This document shows, in pieces, positions 54,201 to 64,000 of a stretch of DNA of 64,000 bases. Position 1 is the stretch's first letter. The number at the start of each line of letters is the position of its first letter. The notes under the pieces are model-generated. The model was not told the origin of the DNA. It was given only the letters and a program-made list of their open reading frames with translations, and searched no databases. A program made the position numbers and the translations under genes. The stretch covers positions 4,960,001 to 5,024,000 of the forward strand of contig OZ059894.1 in assembly GCA_964057225.1 (NCBI GenBank), read 5' to 3'. The stretch comes from Auanema rhodensis. Taxonomy: Eukaryota; Animalia; Nematoda.

Positions 54201-57200
54201 ACTTTTTGCTAAATTATTTTGAAATTTTTCGAAAAAATTTTTGTCAAAATGTTTTTGGAAGCTATGTTGAGTGTACATGGAAACTCAACATACACTAATG
54301 CATCATTTTTCAAACGATCATAACTAATTTTTGTATTAAGCGTTTCTCAAAGTAGTATAGTGCATTCGATGCGGATTTCCAAGCTGCGTCGATCTGTGTT
54401 ATCAGATTTGCGCTAGCTTAAAAATGCACCGAGATATCAACTGATATAAGTTCACACTTATATCCTCCATTTTCACCCTGAAGAATTAATTTTTTCGTTG
54501 AATAACATTGTCCATCGTCTTTGCCTTGAAAAAAGGAATCTAAAAACATCTACTTTTTGCTAAATTATTTTGAAATTTTTCGAAAAAATTTTTGTCAAAA
54601 TGTTTTTGGAAGCTATGTTGAGTGTACATGGAAACTCAACATACACTTATGCATCATTTTTCAAACGATCATAACTAATTTTTGTATTAAGCGTTCCTCA
54701 ATGTAGTATAGTGCATTCGATGCGGATTTTTAAGCTGCGTCGATCTGTGTTATCAGATTTGCGGTAGCTTAAAAATGCACCGAGATATCAACTGAAATAA
54801 GTTCACACTTATATCCTTGATTTTCACCCTGGAGAATTAGTTTTTTCGTTGAATAACATTGTCCATCGTCTTTGCCTTGAAAAAAGGAATCTAAAAACAT
54901 CTACTTTTTGCTAAATTATTTTGAAATTTTTCGAAAAAATTTTTGTCAAAATGTTTTTGGAAGCAATGTTGAGTGTACATGGAAACTCAACATACACTAA
55001 TGCATCATTTTTCAAACGATCATAACTAATTTTTGTATTAAGCGTTCCTCAATGTAGTATAGTGCATTCGATGCGGATTTTTAAGCTGCGTCGATCTGTG
55101 TTATCAGATTTGCGCTAGCTTAAAAATGCACCCAGATATCAACTGATATAAGTTCACACTTATATCCTCGATTTTCACCCTGAAGAATTAATTTCTTCGT
55201 TGAATAACATTGTCCATCGTCTTTGCCTTGAAAAAAGGAATCTAAAAACATCTACTTTTTGCTAAATTATTTTGAAATTTTTCGAAAAAATTTTTGTCAA
55301 AATGTTTTTGGAAGCTATGTTGAGTGTACATGGAAACTCAACATACACTAATGCATCATTTTTCAAACGATCATAACTAATTTTTGTATTAAGCGTTTCT
55401 CAAAGTAGTATAGTGCATTCGATGCGGATTTTCAAGTTGCGTCGATCTGTGTTATCAGATTTGCGCTAGCTTAAAAATGCACCGAGATATCAACTGATAT
55501 AAGTTCACACTTATATCCTCGATTTTCACCCTGAAGAATTAATTTTTTCGTTGAATAACATTGTCCATCGTCTTTGCCTTGAAAAAAGGAATCTAAAAAC
55601 ATCTACTTTTTGCTAAATTATTTTGAAATTTTTCGAAAAAATTTTTGTCAAAATGTTTTTGGAAGCTATGTTGAGTGTACATGGAAACTCAACATACACT
55701 AATGCATCATTTTTCAAACGATCATAACTAATTTTTGTATTAAGCGTTTCTCAAAGTAGTATAGTGCATTCGATGCGGATTTTTAAGCTGCGTCGATCTG
55801 TGTTATCAGATTTGCGCTAGCTTAAAAATGCACCGAGATATCAACTGATATAAGTTCACACTTATATCCTTGATTTTCACCCTGGAGAATTAATTTTTTC
55901 GTTGAATAACATTGTCCATCGTCTTTGCCTTGAAAAAAGGAATCTAAAAACATCTACTTTTTGCTAAATTATTCTGAAATTTTTCGAAAAAATTTTTGTC
56001 AAAATGTTTTTGGAAGCAATGTTGAGTGTACATGGAAACTCAACATACACTAATGCATCATTTTTCAAACGATCATAACTAATTTTTGTATTAAGCGTTT
56101 CTCAAAGTAGTATAGTGCATTCGATGCGGATTTTCAAGTTGCGTCGATCTGTGTTATCAGATTTGAGCTAGCTTAAAAATGCACCGAGATATCAACTGAT
56201 ATAAGTTCACACTTATATCCTCGATTTTCACCCTGAAGAATTAATTTTTTCGTTGAATAACATTGTCCATCGTCTTTGCGTTGAAAAAAGGAATCTAAAA
56301 ACATCTACTTTTTGCTAAATTATTTTGAAATTTTTCGAAAAAATTTTTGTCAAAATGTTTTTGGAAGCTATGTTGAGTGTACATGGAAACTCAACATACA
56401 CTAATGCATCATTTTTCAAACGATCATAACTAATTTTTGTATTAAGCGTTTCTCAAAGTAGTATAGTGCATTCGATGCGGATTTCCAAGCTGCGTCGATC
56501 TGTGTTATCAGATTTGCGCTAGCTTAAAAATGCACCGAGATATCAACTGATATAAGTTCACACTTATATCCTCCATTTTCACCCTGAAGAATTAATTTTT
56601 TTGTTGAATAACATTGTCCATCGTCTTTGCCTTGAAAAAAGGAATCTAAAAACATCTACTTTTTGCTAAATTATTTTGAAATTTTTCGAAAAAATTTTTG
56701 TCAAAATGTTTTTGGAAGCTATGTTGAGTGTACATGGAAACTCAACATACACTAATGCATCATTTTTCAAACGATCATAACTAATTTTTGTATTAAGCGT
56801 TTCTCAAAGTAGTATAGTGCATTCGATGCGGATTTCCCAGCTGCGTCGATCTGTGTTATCAGATTTGCGCTAGCTTAAAAATGCACCGAGATATCAACTG
56901 ATATAAGTTCACACTTATATCCTCCATTTTCACCCTGAAGAATTAATTTTTTCGTTGAATAACATTGTCCATCGTCTTTGTCTTGAAAAAAGGAATCTAA
57001 AAACATCTACTTTTTGCTAAATTATTTTGAAATTTTTCGAAAAAATTTTTGTCAAAATGTTTTTGGAAGCTATGTTGAGTGTACATGGAAACTCAACATA
57101 CACTTATGCATCATTTTTCAAACGATCATAACTAATTTTTGTATTAAGCGTTCCTCAATGTAGTATAGTGCATTCGATGCGGATTTTTAAGCTGCGTCGA

Positions 57201-57564
57201 TCTGTGTTATCAGATTTGCGCTAGCTTAAAAATGCACCGAGATATCAACTGATATAAGTTCACACTTATATCCTTGATTTTCACCCTGTAGAATTAATTT
57301 TTTCGTTGAATAACATTGTCCATCGTCTTTGCCTTGAAAAAAGGAATCTAAAAACATCTACTTTTTGCTAAATTATTTTGAAATTTTTCGAAAAAATTTT
57401 TGTCAAAATGTTTTTGGAAGCTATGTTGAGTGTACATGGAAACTCAACATACACTTATGCATCATTTTTCAAACGATCATAACTAATTTTTGTATTAAGC
57501 GTTCCTCAATGTAGTATAGTGCATTCGATGCGGATTTTTAAGCTGCGTCGATCTGTGTTATCAG

Positions 57565-60500
57565 ATTTGCGCTAGCTTAAAAATGCACCGAGATATCAAC
57601 TGATATAAGTTCACACTTATATCCTTGATTTTCACCCTGGAGAATTAATTTTTTCGTTGAATAACATTGTCCATCGTCTTTGCCTTGAAAAAAGGAATCT
57701 AAAAACATCTACTTTTTGCTAAATTATTTTGAAATTTTTCGAAAAAATTTTTGTCAAAATGTTTTTGGAAGCAATGTTGAGTGTACATGGAAACTCAACA
57801 TACACTAATGCATCATTTTTCAAACGATCATAACTAATTTTTGTATTAAGCGTTTCTCAAAGTAGTATAGTGCATTCGATGCGGATTTTCAAGTTGCGTC
57901 GATCTGTGTTATCAGATTTGCGCTAGCTTAAAAATGCACCGAGATATCAACTGATATAAGTTCACACTTAAATCCTCGATTTTCACCCTGAAGAATTAAT
58001 TTTTTCGTTGAATAACATTGTCCATCGTCTTTGCCTTGAAAAAAGGAATCTAAAAACATCTACTTTTTGCTAAATTGTTTTGAAATTTTTCGAAAAAATT
58101 TTTGTCAAAATGTTTTTGGAAGCTATGTTGAGTGTACATGGAAACTCAACATACACTAATGCATCATTTTTCAAACGATCATAACTAATTTTTGTATTAA
58201 GCGTTTCTCAAAGTAGTATAGTGCATTCGATGCGGATTTCCAAGCTGCGTCGATCTGTGTTATCAGATTTGCGCTAGCTTAAAAATGCACCGAGATATCA
58301 ACTGATATAAGTTCACACTTATATCCTCCATTTTCACCCTGAAGAATTAATTTTTTCGTTGAATAACATTGTCCATCGTCTTTGCCTTGAAAAAAGGAAT
58401 CTAAAAACATCTACTTTTTGCTAAATTATTTTGAAATTTTTCGAAAAAATTTTTGTCAAAATGTTTTTGGAAGCTATGTTGAGTGTACATGGAAACTCAA
58501 CATACACTAATGCATCATTTTTCAAACGATCATAACTAATTTTTGTATTAAGCGTTTCTCAAAGTAGTATAGTGCATTCGATGCGGATTTCCAAGCTGCG
58601 TCGATCTGTGTTATCAGATTTGCGCTAGCTTAAAAATGCACCGAGATATCAACTGATATAAGTTCACACTTATATCCTCCATTTTCACCCTGAAGAATTA
58701 ATTTTTTCGTTGAATAACATTGTCCATCGTCTTTGCCTTGAAAAAAGAAATCTAAAAACATCTACTTTTTGCTAAATTATTTTGAAATTTTTCGAAAAAA
58801 TTTTTGTCAAAATGTTTTTGGAAGCTATGTTGAGTGTACATGGAAACTCAACATACACTTATGCATCATTTTTCAAACGATCATAACTAATTTTTGTATT
58901 AAGCGTTCCTCAATGTAGTATAGTGCATTCGATGCGGATTTTTAAGCTGCGTCGATCTGTGTTATCAGATTTGCGCTAGCTTAAAAATGCACCGAGATAT
59001 CAACTGATATAAGTTCACACTTATATCCTTGATTTTCACCCTGGAGAATTAATTTTTTCGTTGAATAACATTGTCCATCGTCTTTGCCTTGAAAAAAGGA
59101 ATCTAAAAACATCTACTTTCTGCTAAATTATTTTGAAATTTTTCGAAAAAATTTTTGTCAAAATGTTTTTGGAAGCAATGTTGAGTGTACATGGAAACTC
59201 AACATACACTAATGCATCATTTTTCAAACGATCATAACTAATTTTTGTATTAAGCGTTTCTCAAAGTAGTATAGTGCATTCGATGCGGATTTTCAAGTTG
59301 CGTCGATCTGTGTTATCAGATTTGCGCTAGCTTAAAAATGCACCGAGATATCAACTGATATAAGTTCACACTTAAATCCTCGATTTTCACCCTGAAGAAT
59401 TAATTTTTTCGTTGAATAACATTGTCCATCGTCTTTGCCTTGAAAAAAGGAATCTAAAAACATCTACTTTTTGCTAAATTGTTTTGAAATTTTTCGAAAA
59501 AATTTTTGTCAAAATGTTTTTGGAAGCTATGTTGAGTGTACATGGAAACTCAACATACACTAATGCATCATTTTTCAAACGATCATAACTAATTTTTGTA
59601 TTAAGCGTTTCTCAAAGTAGTATAGTGCATTCGATGCGGATTTCCAAGCTGCGTCGATCTGTGTTATCAGATTTGCGCTAGCTTAAAAATGCACCGAGAT
59701 ATCAACTGATATAAGTTCACACTTATATCCTCCATTTTCACCCTGAAGAATTAATTTTTTCGTTGAATAACATTGTCCATCGTCTTTGCCTTGAAAAAAG
59801 GAATCTAAAAACATCTACTTTTTGCTAAATTATTTTGAAATTTTTCGAAAAAATTTTTGTCAAAATGTTTTTGGAAGCTATGTTGAGTGTACATGGAAAC
59901 TCAACATACACTAATGCATCATTTTTCAAACGATCATAACTAATTTTTGTATTAAGCGTTTCTCAAAGTAGTATAGTGCATTCGATGCGGATTTCCAAGC
60001 TGCGTCGATCTGTGTTATCAGATTTGCGCTAGCTTAAAAATGCACCGAGATATCAACTGATATAAGTTCACACTTATATCCTCCATTTTCACCCTGAAGA
60101 ATTAATTTTTTCGTTGAATAACATTGTCCATCGTCTTTGCCTTGAAAAAAGGAATCTAAAAACATCTACTTTTTGCTAAATTATTTTGAAATTTTTCGAA
60201 AAAATTTTTGTCAAAATGTTTTTGGAAGCTATGTTGAGTGTACATGGAAACTCAACATACACTTATGCATCATTTTTCAAACGATCATAACTAATTTTTG
60301 TATTAAGCGTTCCTCAATGTAGTATAGTGCATTCGATGCGGATTTTTAAGCTGCGTCGATCTGTGTTATCAGATTTGCGCTAGCTTAAAAATGCACCGAG
60401 ATATCAACTGATATAAGTTCACACTTATATCCTTGATTTTCACCCTGGAGAATTAATTTTTTCGTTGAATAACATTGTCCATCGTCTTTGCCTTGAAAAA

Positions 60501-61776
60501 AGGAATCTAAAAACATCTACTTTCTGCTAAATTATTTTGAAATTTTTCGAAAAAATTTTTGTCAAAATGTTTTTGGAAGCTATGTTGAGTGTACATGGAA
60601 ACTCAACATACACTTATGCATCATTTTTCAAACGATCATAACTAATTTTTGTATTAAGCGTTTCTCAAAGTAGTATAGTGCATTCGATGCGGATTTTCAA
60701 GTTGCGTCGATCTGTGTTATCAGATTTGCGCTAGCTTAAAAATGCACCGAGATATCAACTGATATAAGTTCACACTTATATCCTCGATTTTCACCCTGAA
60801 GAATTAATTTTTTCGTTGAATAACATTGTCCATCGTCTTTGCCTTGAAAAAAGGAATCTAATAACATCTACTTTTTGCTAAATTATTTTGAAATTTTTCG
60901 AAAAAATTTTTGTCAAAATGTTTTTGGAAGCTATGTTGAGTGTACATGGAAACTCAACATACACTAATGCATCATTTTTCAAACGATCATAACTAATTTT
61001 TGTATTAAGCGTTTCTCAAAGTAGTATAGTGCATTCGATGCGGATTTCCAAGCTGCGTCGATCTGTGTTATCAGATTTGCGCTAGCTTAAAAATGCACCG
61101 AGATATCAACTGATATAAGTTCACACTTATATCCTCCATTTTCACCCTGAAGAATTAATTTTTTCGTTGAATAACATTGTCCATCGTCTTTGCCTTGAAA
61201 AAAGGAATCTAAAAACATCTACTTTTTGCTAAATTATCTTGAAATTTTTCGAAAAAATTTTTGTCAAAATGTTTTTGGAAGCTATGTTGAGTGTACATGG
61301 AAACTCAACATACACTAATGCATCATTTTTCAAACGATCATAACTAATTTTTGTATTAAGCGTTTCTCAAAGTAGTATAGTGCATTCGATGCGGATTTCC
61401 AAGCTGCGTCGATCTGTGTTATCAGATTTGCGCTAGCTTAAAAATGCACCGAGATATCAACTGATATAAGTTCACACTTATATCCTCCATTTTCACCCTG
61501 AAGAATTAATTTTTTCGTTGAATAACATTGTCCATCGTCTTTGCCTTGAAAAAAGGAATCTAAAAACATCTACTTTTTGCTAAATTATTTTGAAATTTTT
61601 CGAAAAAATTTTTGTCAAAATGTTTTTGGAAGCTATGTTGAGTGTACATGGAAACTCAACATACACTTATGCATCATTTTTCAAACGATCATAACTAATT
61701 TTTGTATTAAGCGTTCCTCAATGTAGTATAGTGCATTCGATGCGGATTTTTAAGCTGCGTCGATCTGTGTTATCAG
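57565..61776. repeat. Tetrameric (1404-bp) HOR, three copies
   Basis: Offset 61-63 reads TTG/TCG/TCC/TCC three times. Shared rare markers sit 1404 bp apart: A56 (57971, 59375), G162 (58077, 59481) and C152 (59120, 60524). Confidence 0.88.
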
Positions 61777-64000
61777 ATTTGCGCTAGCTTAAAAATGCAC
61801 CGAGATATCAACTGATATAAGTTCACACTTATATCCTTGATTTTCACCCTGGAGAATTAATTTTTTCGTTGAATAACATTGTCCATCGTCTTTGCCTTGA
61901 AAAAAGGAATCTAAAAACATCTACTTTTTGCTAAATTATTTTGAAATTTTTCGAAAAAATTTTTGTCAAAATGTTTTTGGAAGCTATGTTGAGTGTACAT
62001 GGAAACTCAACATACACTAATGCATCATTTTTCAAACGATCATAACTAATTTTTGTATTAAGCGTTCCTCAATGTAGTATAGTGCATTCGATGCGGATTT
62101 TTAAGCTGCGTCGATCTGTGTTATCAGATTTGCGCTAGCTTAAAAATGCACCGAGATATCAACTGATATAAGTTCACACTTATATCCTTGATTTTCACCC
62201 TGAAGAATTAATTTTTTCGTTGAATAACATTGTCCATCGTCTTTGCCTTGAAAAAAGGAATCTAAAAACATCTACTTTTTGCTAAATTATTTTGAAATTT
62301 TTCGAAAAAATTTTTGTCAAAATGTTTTTGGAAGCTATGTTGAGTGTACATGGAAACTCAACATACACTAATGCATCATTTTTCAAACGATCATAACTAA
62401 TTTTTGTATTAAGCGTTTCTCAAAGTAGTATAGTGCATTCGATGCGGATTTCCAAGCTGCGTCGATCTGTGTTATCAGATTTGCGCTAGCTTAAAAATGC
62501 ACCGAGATATCAACTGATATAAGTTCACACTTATATCCTTGATTTTCACCCTGGAGAATTAATTTTTTCGTTGAATAACATTGTCCATCGTCTTTGCCTT
62601 GAAAAAAGGAATCTAAAAACATCTACTTTTTGCTAAATTATTTTGAAATTTTTCGAAAAAATTTTTGTCAAAATGTTTTTGGAAGCAATGTTGAGTGTAC
62701 ATGGAAACTCAACATACACTAATGCATCATTTTTCAAACGATCATAACTAATTTTTGTATTAAGCGTTTCTCAAAGTAGTATAGTGCATTCGATGCGGAT
62801 TTTCAAGTTGCGTCGATCTGTGTTATCAGATTTGCGCTAGCTTAAAAATGCACCGAGATATCAACTGATATAAGTTCACACTTATATCCTCGATTTTCAC
62901 CCTGAAGAATTAATTTTTTCGTTGAATAACATTGTCCATCGTCTTTGCCTTGAAAAAAGGAATCTAAAAACATCTACTTTTTGCTAAATTATTTTGAAAT
63001 TTTTCGAAAAAATTTTTGTCAAAATGTTTTTGGAAGCTATGTTGAGTGTACATGGAAACTCAACATACACTTATGCATCATTTTTCAAACGATCATAACT
63101 AATTTTTGTATTAAGCGTTCCTCAATGTAGTATAGTGCATTCGATGCGGATTTTTAAGCTGCGTCGATCTGTGTTATCAGATTTGCGCTAGCTTAAAAAT
63201 GCACCGAGATATCAACTGATATAAGTTCACACTTATATCTTTGATTTTCACCCTGTAGAATTAATTTTTTCGTTGAATAACATTGTCCATCGTCTTTGCC
63301 TTGAAAAAAGGAATCTAAAAACATCTACTTTTTGCTAAATTATTTTGAAATTTTTCGAAAAAATTTTTGTCAAAATGTTTTTGGAAGCTATGTTGAGTGT
63401 ACATGGAAACTCAACATACACTTATGCATCATTTTTCAAACGATCATAACTAATTTTTGTATTAAGCGTTCCTCAATGTAGTATAGTGCATTCGATGCGG
63501 ATTTTTAAGCTGCGTCGATCTGTGTTATCAGATTTGCGCTAGCTTAAAAATGCACCGAGATATCAACTGATATAAGTTCACACTTATATCCTCGATTTTC
63601 ACCCTGAAGAATTAATTTTTTCGTTGAATAACATTGTCCATCGTCTTTGCCTTGAAAAAAGGAATCTAAAAACATCTACTTTTTGCTAAATTGTTTTGAA
63701 ATTTTTCGAAAAAATTTTTGTCAAAATGTTTTTGGAAGCTATGTTGAGTGTACATGGAAACTCAACATACACTAATGCATCATTTTTCAAACGATCATAA
63801 CTAATTTTTGTATTAAGCGTTTCTCAAAGTAGTATAGTGCATTCGATGCGGATTTCCAAGCTGCGTCGATCTGTGTTATCAGATTTGCGCTAGCTTAAAA
63901 ATGCACCGAGATATCAACTGATATAAGTTCACACTTATATCCTTGATTTTCACCCTGGAGAATTAATTTTTTCGTTGAATAACATTGTCCATCGTCTTTG

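Larger units (their letters stand above)
1..64000. repeat. Tandem satellite DNA array, 351-bp monomer, about 182.3 copies, single orientation, running off both window ends
   Basis: ATTTGCGCTAGCTTAAAAATGCACC (or a 1-4 nt variant) recurs at 1, 352, 703 ... 63883. The register is exact at every 7020 bp (20x351): 7021, 14041, 21061, 28081, 35101, 42121, 49141, 56161, 63181. Copies differ by only a few substitutions. Confidence 0.99.

Noticed and set aside
1-64000. CRISPR array or repeat-spacer system
   Set aside because: There are no unique spacers: the entire 351 bp is repeated. No cas or other genes are present.
1-64000. Giant repetitive protein gene (351 = 117 codons keeps frame)
   Set aside because: Stop codons recur in every monomer, and the ORF track shows nothing longer than 63 aa in any frame.

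Overview
The whole window is one uninterrupted head-to-tail tandem satellite array: 182 complete 351-bp monomers plus a 118-bp partial copy (monomer n starts at 1+351*(n-1); monomer 1 is about 32% GC by hand count). Copies differ only by a few substitutions, and I found no indels, insertions, inversions or unique sequence. There are no genes, RNA genes, transposons or CRISPR. The three ORFs in the track are by-products of stop-removing SNPs in single monomers. The array looks like a recently homogenised eukaryotic satellite, possibly (peri)centromeric (inference; I cannot name the family or taxon). The structure of interest lies in three places: (i) four dyad-symmetry elements per monomer; (ii) three linked haplotype classes that succeed each other in a preferred order; (iii) nested local higher-order repeats (2-, 4-, 5-, 8- and 13-mers) readable from rare variants, together with an apparently templated multi-base mutation that perfects a quasi-palindrome. 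I found no evidence of a novel coding system. All variant calls were read by eye. 'Offset' means position within the 351-bp monomer and mN means monomer number.
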